Source: an uncultured Gaiellales bacterium
Lineage (GTDB): Bacteria; Actinomycetota; Thermoleophilia; RBG-16-64-13
Direction: 5' to 3'
DNA length: 64,000 bases
Assembly: GCA_964399135.1 (NCBI GenBank)
Contig: CAYNPL010000011.1
Coordinates: 28,539 to 92,538, forward strand
Within the stretch, counting starts at the first letter, position 1. Every line of letters starts with the position of its first letter. Of the stretch, positions 40,379 to 49,423 are shown in pieces. A program made the position numbers and the translations under genes. The notes below the pieces were generated by a model. It had not been told where the DNA came from, made no database searches, and saw only the letters and a program-made list of their open reading frames with translations.

Positions 40379-41947
40379 TCAAACGCGAGAGGCAGATCCT
40401 GGTGCGATCATCCATCGCCCCAGGGGCAACGACGCCAAAGCGTCGATCTGGAGATACTGCGGGTAGGGCAGGGACGGTCCGGCCAGCGCGGCGGCGCCGA
40501 TCATGGCGGCGTTGTCGGTGCAGTATGCGAAGGGAGGCACTACCACGTGCAGGCCGGCGGCCTCCCCCCGCTCCCGCAAACGGGAGCGGAGCAGGGAGTT
40601 GGCCGCCACCCCGCCGGCCACAGCCAAGGTCCGCGCCCCCTCGCGGACGGCGCCGCGTACTGACTTCTGCACCAGCGCCTCCACGATGGCTTCCCGGTAC
40701 GAGGCGGCGACGTCGGCGGCCCGGGCCGCCCGTTCAGCAGCGGTCATCTGCCGGAGGAGGTAGTAGAGGGCGGTCTTGACCCCCGAGAACGAGAAGTCCG
40801 GCCGGGAGGACCTCTTCAGCCCTATGGGGAAGGTGAAGGCCCCCGGGTCGCCCCGCTCGGCGAGAAGGTCGAGTTCCTTGCCGCCCGGGTAGCCGAGGCC
40901 CAGAAGCCTCGCCCCTTTGTCAAACGCTTCACCCGCCGCGTCGTCCAGGGTCTGACCCAGCAGCTTGAAGGTAGTGCGGTCATCTGCCCGCACCAGCATC
41001 GTGTGCCCGCCGGATGCTACCAGGGTCACCGAGGGGAACGGCGCTTCCGGGTCGGCCAGCCACACAGCCGCCAGATGGCCGTGCAGATGATTCACGGGGT
41101 GCAGGGGAAGCCGCCGGCTCCAAGCGATGGCTTTGGCGGTCTGCACTCCCACCAGGAGAGCGCCGATGAGGCCGGGGCCGACCGTGACCGCCACCCCGCT
41201 CAGATCGCCTACGCCGCACCCGGCTTCCCGCAGGGCCTCGTTCACCACCAGGCTCATCCTCTCCACGTGGGCGCGGCTGGCCGCCTCGGGGACCACTCCG
41301 CCGTACCGCTCATGGATGATGTCCTGGGAATGCACCACCGAGGCCAGGACGGCACCACCGCGGGTGAGCACGGCCGCCGCGGAATCGTCGCACGACGACT
41401 CGATGGCGAGTAGCGGCGCCCCCCAGACATCCGCGGGCTCACGCGCCTGCACGCGTGCCTGCTCCTCGCCGGGGCCGGCGCCGACTTCGCCGGCCCGCCC
41501 CGGCCTCGCCGGGCGGGCCAGCACGAGCGCGTCTTCTCCCGTGTCGGGGTAGTAGCGCCGTCGCGCCCCCAGCCGGGCGAACCCCACAGAGGCGTAGAGA
41601 GCGAGAGCCGCCTCGTTCCCCGGCCGCACTTCCAGAAGGACGTCCCGGCTCGCTCTGTCGGCGGCTTGGAGGAACGCGGCGAGCAGACGCCTCCCCACCC
41701 CTTGCCGGCGAGCGGCGGGCGCCACAGCCAGATTCATCAGGTGCCAGACGTCCGGATACATCCGTCCGACCAGGTATCCGAGCACGGTGCCGTCCTCACC
41801 CTGGGCCACCGCTTTCCAGGCCAGCTCCTGCCGCAGCTCCTCGGCGAACATCTCCGGTGTCCAGGGGTCGGTAAACGACACGGCCTCGATTCCTGCCACC
41901 GCGTGCAGGTCCGTGGCCGCCATGGCTCTGATGACCACCCGCCCCAT
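40379..41947 (-). CDS. tsaD: in-frame fusion: ribosomal-protein-alanine N-acetyltransferase RimI (N-term ~150 aa) + tRNA t6A synthase TsaD/Gcp (C-term ~350 aa)
   Basis: GNAT motif RRQGVGRRLL (res ~80-90); ~35-aa Gly/Ala/Pro linker; TsaD begins PLLAIESSCDDSAAAV, HxxH motif HLHGHL, GGVAAN; single continuous frame. Confidence 0.8.
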   Translation of the reverse strand: MGRVVIRAMAATDLHAVAGIEAVSFTDPWTPEMFAEELRQELAWKAVAQGEDGTVLGYLVGRMYPDVWHLMNLAVAPAARRQGVGRRLLAAFLQAADRASRDVLLEVRPGNEAALALYASVGFARLGARRRYYPDTGEDALVLARPARPGRAGEVGAGPGEEQARVQAREPADVWGAPLLAIESSCDDSAAAVLTRGGAVLASVVHSQDIIHERYGGVVPEAASRAHVERMSLVVNEALREAGCGVGDLSGVAVTVGPGLIGALLVGVQTAKAIAWSRRLPLHPVNHLHGHLAAVWLADPEAPFPSVTLVASGGHTMLVRADDRTTFKLLGQTLDDAAGEAFDKGARLLGLGYPGGKELDLLAERGDPGAFTFPIGLKRSSRPDFSFSGVKTALYYLLRQMTAAERAARAADVAASYREAIVEALVQKSVRGAVREGARTLAVAGGVAANSLLRSRLRERGEAAGLHVVVPPFAYCTDNAAMIGAAALAGPSLPYPQYLQIDALASLPLGRWMIAPGSASRV

Positions 41948-41950
41948 ACC

Positions 41951-42847
41951 TTAGCCGCCCCCCGAGAGGCCGCCCCCCGAGAGGCCGCCCCAGGGATCCT
42001 TCATCTTGGTGATGTGTATGTCGGCGTCGGGGGCCCGTACGTAGATGGGCTTGACCGACTCCGGGGAGCCCACCGCCCCAGCCTCCACCGAGCGGCCGGC
42101 CCCCTCTGACTCCAGCACCCGCCGCAGCCAGGGTCCCAGCGCGCACCCGTGCGGTCCCCCCTCCGGCTCGTCCAGCCAAGCCTGACCCATGACCAGCCCC
42201 TCGGGCGACACCACCAGGGGAAGTGCGCTCCAGCCGGCGGAAATGCCGGCGGCGAGCGGAGCACAGTCGCCCACCAGCCACACAGGGTTCCTTTCCCCGG
42301 CGAGCGTGGCCACCAGCTCGGCGGGATCACACACACCAAAGGGACGACCGCGCCTCCAGCAAAGCCCGGGTTCCCAACCTCGCTTTCGCCCCCCGTCGCC
42401 CCCGCCGGCCACCGCTCTGTACAGGCCGTAGAAAAGCTGACCCCGGCGGGCATCGACCACCGGCACAAGGGTCTGGGGGAAAGCGGGCCCGCCGCTGTCT
42501 GAGACCGCAGCAGCAGACAGCGCACCGGCGGCCAGCGCGCTGAGGGTGCTCACGCCCACCACCGGAATGCCCAAGGCGAGGGCCAAAGCCCGGGCGGTGG
42601 CGACGGCCACGCGCACGCCGGTGAAGGTGCCCGGGCCGGTACCTACGACGATCGCCCCCACGGTGCCGGCGCATGCTCCGATCTCCTTGAGCGAGGCATC
42701 GATCGCCCCCAGCAGGAACCCGGCGGGGCCGGAACCGTCGACCTCGGTCCGCACGGACAGGAGCTCCCACTCCGGCGCAGCCGCGTCCGCTCCCGGTCCC
42801 TGCAGCCGCAGCAGCGCGACGCCGCACGCCCGGGTGGACGCGTCCAT
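41951..42847 (-). CDS. tsaB: tRNA t6A biosynthesis protein TsaB (YeaZ family)
   Basis: Probable start MDASTRACGVALL at 42847; inactive Kae1-fold; C-terminal GGLSGGGLSGGG from 15-bp tandem repeat. Confidence 0.75.
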   Translation of the reverse strand: MDASTRACGVALLRLQGPGADAAAPEWELLSVRTEVDGSGPAGFLLGAIDASLKEIGACAGTVGAIVVGTGPGTFTGVRVAVATARALALALGIPVVGVSTLSALAAGALSAAAVSDSGGPAFPQTLVPVVDARRGQLFYGLYRAVAGGGDGGRKRGWEPGLCWRRGRPFGVCDPAELVATLAGERNPVWLVGDCAPLAAGISAGWSALPLVVSPEGLVMGQAWLDEPEGGPHGCALGPWLRRVLESEGAGRSVEAGAVGSPESVKPIYVRAPDADIHITKMKDPWGGLSGGGLSGGG

Positions 42848-42863
42848 GGCCAGCAGCAGGCGC

Positions 42864-43325
42864 TCAGCCACGACCGCACACCGCCTCCCAGCGCCGGCGG
42901 GCATCGTCGGTGCCGGCGACGATCTCCAAGCTTCGCCGGTGCAGAGAGTGATGGTCCAGCCGCACCGTCCAGTCGGGCTCACCCAGCCTATCTTCCCCGG
43001 CCTGCGGCCACTCCACCAGCGTGGCGGCCTCACCGCCCACGTATTCTTCCAGCGCCAGGGCGTCATCCTCGTCAATATCTTCAAGCCGGTAGAGATCGAG
43101 ATGCTGGACGATCAGGTCGCCCGCGTAGATGTTGGCGAGAGTGAACGACGGACTGCGCACGGGGTCGGTGACGTGGAGCGCCTGTGCCACCGCCCGCACG
43201 AAGGTGGTCTTGCCGGCGCCCAGGGGCCCATACAGCAGCACGAGATCGCCCGGGCGCAGAGCCGCTGCCAGCCGGGCCGCGGCTTCCCGCAGGCCGCCGA
43301 GACCCACCACCCCCCGATACATCAT
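42864..43325 (-). CDS. tsaE: tRNA t6A biosynthesis ATPase TsaE
   Basis: Real start MMYRGVV at 43325; Walker A GPLGAGKTTF; VQHLDLYRL motif; track ORF over-extended. Confidence 0.82.
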   Translation of the reverse strand: MMYRGVVGLGGLREAAARLAAALRPGDLVLLYGPLGAGKTTFVRAVAQALHVTDPVRSPSFTLANIYAGDLIVQHLDLYRLEDIDEDDALALEEYVGGEAATLVEWPQAGEDRLGEPDWTVRLDHHSLHRRSLEIVAGTDDARRRWEAVCGRG

Positions 43326-43339
43326 CGCGTGCCCGGCTG

Positions 43340-44038
43340 CTACCACAGAGGCAACTGCTCCGCCCGCGGGGGCGCCGGCCGGGGAGGCACCGTCTCGACC
43401 GGTGGAGGCGTGGCTGCTTCCCGCCGTAGGGCGTCGGCGCCGTGCGCCAGCAAGAGCCGGAGCCGGCCGAAGTCCTCTTCCAAGACCTGCCTGTTCGCCG
43501 GGGTGTAGAGGGCCGCGGCTGGATGGAAGACCGGGAAGAGAAGGACGTTTCGTCCGCCCAGCTCCCGCTCCTTCGCCTTGCCGTGGATGGCGGTGATGCT
43601 CAACTCGGTGTCGGCCAGCAGCCTGGTGGCGAAGCGCCCCAACGTGCAGATGACCCGGGGCCGGATGATATCGATCTGCTGCATGAGCTTGGGACTGCAG
43701 GCCTCGATCTCCTCCGGAGCCGGGTCCCGGTTCTCTGGAGGACGACACTTGACCACGTTGGCGATGTAGACGTCACCGCGAGTAAGACCGATCAGGACTA
43801 ACAGTTCGGTGAGCAGCTTGCCCGCCTGGCCGACGAACGGCTCGCCCTGCCGGTCTTCGTGAAAGCCCGGTCCTTCTCCCACGAACATCAGAGCGGCCTG
43901 GGGGTCGCCGACCCCGAAGACCACCTGGGTACGGCTCCGGCACAGGCCGCAGTCCTGGCAGTCCCTCAGGGATTCATGAAAAGCCGCCAACGCCTGGGCG
44001 GCCGCTGCTCTGACTTGAGCTTGATCTTCCGCGCTCAT
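43340..44038 (-). CDS. udg: uracil-DNA glycosylase, family 4 (4Fe-4S type)
   Basis: 232 aa; CQDCGLC cluster motif, GEGPG, HPAAALY. Confidence 0.85.
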   Translation of the reverse strand: MSAEDQAQVRAAAAQALAAFHESLRDCQDCGLCRSRTQVVFGVGDPQAALMFVGEGPGFHEDRQGEPFVGQAGKLLTELLVLIGLTRGDVYIANVVKCRPPENRDPAPEEIEACSPKLMQQIDIIRPRVICTLGRFATRLLADTELSITAIHGKAKERELGGRNVLLFPVFHPAAALYTPANRQVLEEDFGRLRLLLAHGADALRREAATPPPVETVPPRPAPPRAEQLPLW

Positions 44039-44211
44039 GGTGCCCAGGTTAGCAGAACAGCGGCCGCCGCCGGGCGCGTCCCGTCAGTTGTCCGCTCTGC
44101 GACCGGCTGTTATGCTTCCCCGGCACCGAGCGCGCAGCGCGCCGCTCTCCGACCGGACCGCCTACCGAGCGGAGGCGTATCCAGCTGCCGGGAGAGGCTC
44201 CAGCGCGGGCG

Positions 44212-45237
44212 GTGAGAATGAAGAGCCGGGCCACGTCTGGTATCTCTGGCAGAACTGGAACAGGCAGGTATCTCATCGAGAGTGCTGACACATCTTTGCG
44301 TTTCGCGGTGATCGGCGCCGGCCGTTTGGGTGCGAGTCTGGCCATCGCTTTGCGCGATCGGGGTTCCACACTGACCGGGATCACGGCCCACACCCCGGCG
44401 GGGCGCGCCCGGGCACGGGCTTGGACCGGCGTGGAGGCGGCGCCCTCCATCGAGGGACTCGTCGTTTCCCGGCCTGACCTTTTCGTCATATCTGTTCCCG
44501 ACGACGCCGTCCGCCCTGTCGCTGCCGAGCTTGGGGCCCTACTGAAGGCAGAGCCAGGCCCCCGTCCCCCCGTGGTGTTGCACACGAGTGGAGCCACCTC
44601 GGTGTCGGCGCTGCTGCCCTGCGCCGAGGCGGGCTGCCTCACCCTTGTCTTCCACCCCTTGCAGACCTTCCCGGACCCCAGCGTCGGCGCCGGCCGATTC
44701 GCCGGCGCAGCGATAGCCGTCACCCCGGCCCCCTCTCCGGCGCAGCCGGCGGCGACCGCCTTCGGGCTGCGCCTGGCAGCCCTCTTGCAGGCCCGGCCCT
44801 TCCTGCTCCCCGACGAGAGAAGAGCCCTCTATCACGCGGCGGCCACGCTGGCCTGCAACTACCTGGTGACCCTTGAGGATCGGGCCCTGGCCCTTTTCAC
44901 AGAGGCCGGCCTGCCCGCTGCCGAGACGGCCTCCCTCGTCCTGCCGCTGGTCCGCTCCACTCTCGACAACATAGAGGCGGTGGGCACCGTGGCCGCCCTC
45001 ACCGGTCCCCTCAGCCGGGGAGACGCCACCACCATCGAGCGACATCTGGACGCCCTCGCCCAGGATTCCCCGGTCACGCTGCCGCTGTACATCTCCCTGG
45101 GTCTGGCCACTCTCGACCTGGTGGCCGCTCAGGGCACCCTCGATTGCACGCAGGTCGCCGGACTCAGACAGCTGCTCGCCCGCAGGATGCCCTCGCCGGC
45201 ACCCGTTCCCCAGGCGCCCTCCACTGCACTGGAATAG
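44212..45237 (+). CDS. Rossmann-fold NAD(P)-binding protein with DUF2520-type C-terminal domain (ProC/ApbA-like predicted oxidoreductase)
   Basis: FAVIGAGRLGASLAIAL dinucleotide-binding motif; start codon uncertain. Confidence 0.6.
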   Translation: MRMKSRATSGISGRTGTGRYLIESADTSLRFAVIGAGRLGASLAIALRDRGSTLTGITAHTPAGRARARAWTGVEAAPSIEGLVVSRPDLFVISVPDDAVRPVAAELGALLKAEPGPRPPVVLHTSGATSVSALLPCAEAGCLTLVFHPLQTFPDPSVGAGRFAGAAIAVTPAPSPAQPAATAFGLRLAALLQARPFLLPDERRALYHAAATLACNYLVTLEDRALALFTEAGLPAAETASLVLPLVRSTLDNIEAVGTVAALTGPLSRGDATTIERHLDALAQDSPVTLPLYISLGLATLDLVAAQGTLDCTQVAGLRQLLARRMPSPAPVPQAPSTALE

Positions 45238-45270
45238 AGACATAATGAGACTCAAGGAACGAGGGCCGAT

Positions 45271-45768
45271 ATGACAGCTGATGCCACCCCGCACGAGAAC
45301 AGGGAAGGAGCCCGCATGGCAACCGCATCCGAGTGCACCGGTCAGGTGACGGTGGCGACCGAGAGCCTGCGCTTCGATACGAAGGGCGACGCCGACATGG
45401 TCAACCTGACCGAACAGGTCCGCCTTGCGGTTAAACGGACGGGCCTGCGCGCGGGGACGGTGACGATCTTCGTCCCCGGAGCCACGGGCGCGGTCACCAC
45501 CCTGGAGTTCGAACCTGGGGTCGTCAAGGATTTTCGTGGGCTCTTCGACCGCATCGCCTCTGCCGGCGAGCACTATTACCACAACGATACCCATCCCGAC
45601 GTCAATGGACACGCCCACGTCCGTGCCGGTCTGCTGGGACCGTCGCTGGTGATACCCTTCGCGGAGGGCCGGCCTCTGTTGGGCCGCTGGCAGGAGATAG
45701 CCTTCGTGTGCTTCGACAACCGGCCGCGGGAGCGGACCGTGATCGTGCAGACCTTCGGTGTGCGCTAG
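45271..45768 (+). CDS. yjbQ: YjbQ/UPF0047 family protein (secondary thiamine-phosphate synthase enzyme family)
   Basis: 165 aa; TVTIFVPGATGAVTTLEFEPGVVKDF...NGHAHVRAGLLGPSLVIPF...GRWQEIAFVCFD signature. Confidence 0.75.
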   Translation: MTADATPHENREGARMATASECTGQVTVATESLRFDTKGDADMVNLTEQVRLAVKRTGLRAGTVTIFVPGATGAVTTLEFEPGVVKDFRGLFDRIASAGEHYYHNDTHPDVNGHAHVRAGLLGPSLVIPFAEGRPLLGRWQEIAFVCFDNRPRERTVIVQTFGVR

Positions 45769-45789
45769 CCTGCTGAGGAGGAGGGACCC

Positions 45790-47076
45790 ATGAGACCGGT
45801 GCTACAGCTCGCCCTCGACTTCGTCGACCTGCCCCGGGCCCTCAAGGTGGCCGAAGAGGCCGTCGCCGGGGGGGCCGACTGGCTGGAGGCAGGCACTCCT
45901 CTCATCAAGAGCGAGGGGCTGCAGTCTGTTCGTGAGCTCAAAGCCCGCTGGCCCCAACACACCATCGTGGCCGACATGAAGACCATGGACGCCGGCCGGG
46001 CCGAGGTCGAGTACGCCGCCAAAGCCGGAGCCCAGGTGGTGGGAGTGCTCGGCGCCGCTTCCGACGCCACTATCCGCGAGTGCGTCGAAGCAGCCCGGAA
46101 CTACGGGGCCGAGATCATCGTGGACATGATCCAGGTGCCGGACGTGGTGGAGCGGGCCAAAGCCGCCGAGGAGATGGGTGCCAGCTACGTCGGTATCCAC
46201 GTGGCCATCGATGAGCAGATGCAGGGCAAGACCCCCTTCGCCGTCCTGCGCAAGGTGGCCGAGGCCCTGTCGATACCGGTGGCGGTGGCCGGCGGTATCA
46301 ATTCCGAGACGGCCCCCCTCGCCCTCCAGGCGGGCGCCTCCATCGTCATCGTGGGCGGAGCCATCACCAAGGCCGCCGATGCCACGTCTGCCACCGCAGC
46401 CATCAAGCAGGCCATGGAGACCATGGTGCCGGTCCGGTCCGAGTTCTTCGTCCGGGCCACCGGGTCGGATGTGCGCGAGAAGTTGAGCCGGGTGTCCGCG
46501 GCCAACGTGTCCGATGCCTTGCACCGGAGTGGGGACATACCCGGCCTTCGCCCGCTCACTCCCGGCTCCAAGGTGGTAGGACCGGCCCTGACCGTCCGCA
46601 CCTACGCCGGGGACTGGGCCAAGCCGGTGGAAGCCATCGACAAGGCCAAGCCGGGTGACGTGATCGTGATCGACGCCGGGGGAGTCGGTCCTGCGGTCTG
46701 GGGCGAATTGGCGACCAACTCGGCCGTGCAGCGGGGCGTCGCCGGAGTCGTCATCTTCGGGGCCGCCCGGGACAGCGGCGATATCCGCTCGCTGGGCTTC
46801 CCTCTCTTCTGCACGCTGGTCACCCCCACCGCCGGCGAGCCCAAAGGCTTCGGAGAGATCGGCGTCCCCATCCGGGTCTCCGGCGTACGCATTTCACCCG
46901 GCGACTGGATCATCGCCGACGATGACGGGGTCTGTGTGATCCCCAAGGAGAAGGCGGTGGAATACACCAACCGGGCCATGGACGTTCTCGAACGGGAGAA
47001 CCGGCTGCGCAAAGAGATCCAGGCCGGCAGCACCCTCAGCCAGGTGGGATATCTACTGCGCTGGGAGAAGCGCTGA
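45790..47076 (+). CDS. fusion protein: 3-hexulose-6-phosphate synthase-like (OMP-decarboxylase fold) N-domain + RraA/MenG-family (class II aldolase/decarboxylase-like) C-domain
   Basis: 428 aa; N-half LQLALDFVDL...KTMDAG...VGVH; C-half (from ~220) RraA-like SDALHRSGDIPGLRPL...GDVIVIDAGG...AVWGELAT. Confidence 0.75.
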   Translation: MRPVLQLALDFVDLPRALKVAEEAVAGGADWLEAGTPLIKSEGLQSVRELKARWPQHTIVADMKTMDAGRAEVEYAAKAGAQVVGVLGAASDATIRECVEAARNYGAEIIVDMIQVPDVVERAKAAEEMGASYVGIHVAIDEQMQGKTPFAVLRKVAEALSIPVAVAGGINSETAPLALQAGASIVIVGGAITKAADATSATAAIKQAMETMVPVRSEFFVRATGSDVREKLSRVSAANVSDALHRSGDIPGLRPLTPGSKVVGPALTVRTYAGDWAKPVEAIDKAKPGDVIVIDAGGVGPAVWGELATNSAVQRGVAGVVIFGAARDSGDIRSLGFPLFCTLVTPTAGEPKGFGEIGVPIRVSGVRISPGDWIIADDDGVCVIPKEKAVEYTNRAMDVLERENRLRKEIQAGSTLSQVGYLLRWEKR

Positions 47077-47082
47077 GCTCCC

Positions 47083-47691
47083 ATGACGGTCTTCCGCTGG
47101 GTCGCCCCTGCCTTCAAGTGGAGTGGCCGGCGTTGGTCTGACGCCGATTTCCGCCTCCTGGCCGATCGTCTGCGCCCCCATGTCCCCCCGGGGGGCCTGC
47201 TTCTGGACCTGGGGGGCGGGACCGGCGAGCTCGGGGCCGGAGTGGCCGCGACTCTGGGCGCCCGGGTGGTGATAGTGGACACCACCGCCCAGATGCTCCG
47301 GCGGGTGGAACCCGGCCCCTCTCTGTCGGTCATGCTGGCACCCGCCGAAGCCCTGCCCTTTCCCGATGACCACTTCGACGCCCTTCTGTGTTCCGACGCC
47401 TTCCACCACTTCCGTGACCAGGCGGCGGCCGCCGCGGAGATGGCGCGGGTGGTGAGACCCGGCGGCGGCATCTTGCTGCTCGAGCCCGATGCCCAAGCGC
47501 GGGGCGCACGCATCCTGCGCTTGGGCGAACGGATGCTGGGCGAACCGGGAACCTTCAAATCCCCCCGAGAGATGGAGGCCTTCATGGCCGGCTTCGGCGT
47601 GGACGGGGTGAGCTCCCGCCTGCGGGGCCTCAGCTACATGTTTCTCGGTACCGTCTCCGCTCCCCCCGGCCAGGAGGGCGACCATGTCTAA
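47083..47691 (+). CDS. class I SAM-dependent methyltransferase (Methyltransf_11-like)
   Basis: 202 aa; motif I LLDLGGGTG, post-I VVIVD, motif II DALLCSDAFHH. Confidence 0.75.
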   Translation: MTVFRWVAPAFKWSGRRWSDADFRLLADRLRPHVPPGGLLLDLGGGTGELGAGVAATLGARVVIVDTTAQMLRRVEPGPSLSVMLAPAEALPFPDDHFDALLCSDAFHHFRDQAAAAAEMARVVRPGGGILLLEPDAQARGARILRLGERMLGEPGTFKSPREMEAFMAGFGVDGVSSRLRGLSYMFLGTVSAPPGQEGDHV

Positions 47692-48496
47692 GACCGTCCC
47701 CGCCTCGCGCTCCGCCTCCGGGCCGCCGGTCGCGCCGACGGCGGTCGTCACCGGCGCGGGGGATGCCCGTGGGATCGGCTTCGCCACCGCCCGCCGCCTG
47801 GGGCGGGCGGGTGCCGCGGTCGCGATCGTGTCCACTACCGACCGTATTCATGAGCGCGGGGAGGAACTGCGTCATGAGGGCATCGATGCCCTGTCTTGGG
47901 TGGCCGATCTGACCGAGCCCACCCAGGTGGCCGCTTTGGCCGGAGCGGTCCGCCGGTGGCGTCCCCGGGTGGACATCCTGGTGAACAACGCCGGCATGGT
48001 CTCTCTCAGCGCCGGTTGGGACGCCGACAAGCCGCTCGAAGAGCTCACCTTGGACGAGTGGGACCAGGCGTTGGCCCGCAATCTGCGCACAGCGTTCCTC
48101 GTCACCCGGGAGTTCCTCCCCGGCATGAAGGCCCAGGGTTACGGCCGCATCGTGTTCGTGTCCTCCACCACCGGGCCGGTGGTGGCCATGCCGTTCCAGT
48201 CAACCTATGCGGCTCCCAAGGCCGCCCTGGTGGGACTCACCCGAGCGCTGGCCTTGGAGGTGGCCCGTTCGGGGATCACCGTGAACGCCGTGGCTCCCGG
48301 TTGGATAGCGACGGGATCCACCCTGCCCGCCGAAGTCGAGGCGGCCCTTGCCTCCCCTATGGGACGGGCCGGCACCCCCGAAGAGGTGGCCGCGCTCATC
48401 ACGTTCCTGGCCTCACCGGAGGCCGCGTATATCAGCGGGCAGCTCCTGGTGATCGACGGGGGCAATTCGATCGTGGAGGACAAGGCCCACCCGTAG
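47684..48496 (+). CDS. SDR-family oxidoreductase (FabG-like)
   Basis: 270 aa; TGAGDARGIG, NNAG, catalytic Y-x3-K (YAAPKAA), C-terminal LVIDGG. Confidence 0.85.
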   Translation: MSKTVPASRSASGPPVAPTAVVTGAGDARGIGFATARRLGRAGAAVAIVSTTDRIHERGEELRHEGIDALSWVADLTEPTQVAALAGAVRRWRPRVDILVNNAGMVSLSAGWDADKPLEELTLDEWDQALARNLRTAFLVTREFLPGMKAQGYGRIVFVSSTTGPVVAMPFQSTYAAPKAALVGLTRALALEVARSGITVNAVAPGWIATGSTLPAEVEAALASPMGRAGTPEEVAALITFLASPEAAYISGQLLVIDGGNSIVEDKAHP

Positions 48497-48550
48497 AGCT
48501 GCCGCCGGACCTCGCTGCCGCCGGCTCGGGGGAGAAGGTGGCACCGTCTG

Positions 48551-49423
48551 CTAGGCTTCCACCACCATGTTGTCGATCAACCGCGTCTCGCCGAACCAGG
48601 CGGCCACCGCGACCAGGCACTTGCCCGAGATCTCTCGGACAGGCTTGAGGTCCTCCGCCCCCACGATCTCCGCATAGTCCACCCGGGCCAGCGGAGCCTC
48701 GGCGATCACGGCCAAGACGGCGGCACGAAGCGCACCCGCGTCCCGCTCCCCCCTCGCCACCAGCCGGCGCGCCTCCACGAGCGCGCGATGGAGCACGGGC
48801 GCCTGAGCCCGCTCCTCTCGCCCCAGCCGCACATTGCGCGAACTCAGAGCCAGCCCGTCGGCCTCCCGGACGGTGGGACAGGCCACCACCTCCACCGGCA
48901 GGTCAAGGTCGCGGACCATGCGCGTGACGACCGTCAGTTGCTGGAAATCCTTCTCCCCGAAGTAGACCCGGTCGGGGGTGCAGATGTTCAACAGCTTCAG
49001 CACCACCGTGCAGACCCCTCTGAAATGGCCGGGGCGCGAGGCCCCGCACAGCCCCTGGGTCAGCCCTTCCACCTCCACCCAGGTGGAGAATCCTTGCGGA
49101 TACATCTCCTCTACGCTGGGGCTGAAGACCAGGTCGGCGCCGGCCCGCTGGGCCAGATCCCGGTCCCGGTGCAGGTCACGCGGGTACGTCTCCAGGTCGG
49201 CGGCGACGCCGAACTGGGTGGGGTTCACGAACACAGACACCGCCACCAGTCCGTTCTCAGCCCGGGCCCGCCTGACAAGGGACAGATGGCCTTCGTGCAG
49301 CGCTCCCATGGTGGGGACCAGGCCCACGCTCCGCCCGCGCGCGCGGGCGGCACCCACTGCTGCCCTCAACTCGGCCACGGTGGCAAGACAGGGGATGAGG
49401 CGGGAAGGCACGGGCGCGCTCAT
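48551..49423 (-). CDS. panC: pantoate--beta-alanine ligase
   Basis: Real start MSAPVPSRLIPC at 49423 (track ORF over-extended); PTMGALHEGH, FGEKDFQQ. Confidence 0.88.
   Translation of the reverse strand: MSAPVPSRLIPCLATVAELRAAVGAARARGRSVGLVPTMGALHEGHLSLVRRARAENGLVAVSVFVNPTQFGVAADLETYPRDLHRDRDLAQRAGADLVFSPSVEEMYPQGFSTWVEVEGLTQGLCGASRPGHFRGVCTVVLKLLNICTPDRVYFGEKDFQQLTVVTRMVRDLDLPVEVVACPTVREADGLALSSRNVRLGREERAQAPVLHRALVEARRLVARGERDAGALRAAVLAVIAEAPLARVDYAEIVGAEDLKPVREISGKCLVAVAAWFGETRLIDNMVVEA

Noticed and set aside
40379-41947. Possible frameshift/pseudogene explaining the merged rimI and tsaD
   Set aside because: Both domains are in the same continuous frame with intact motifs and a plausible linker. 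No stop or frame change is visible, so this is called a genuine fusion, pending read-level confirmation.
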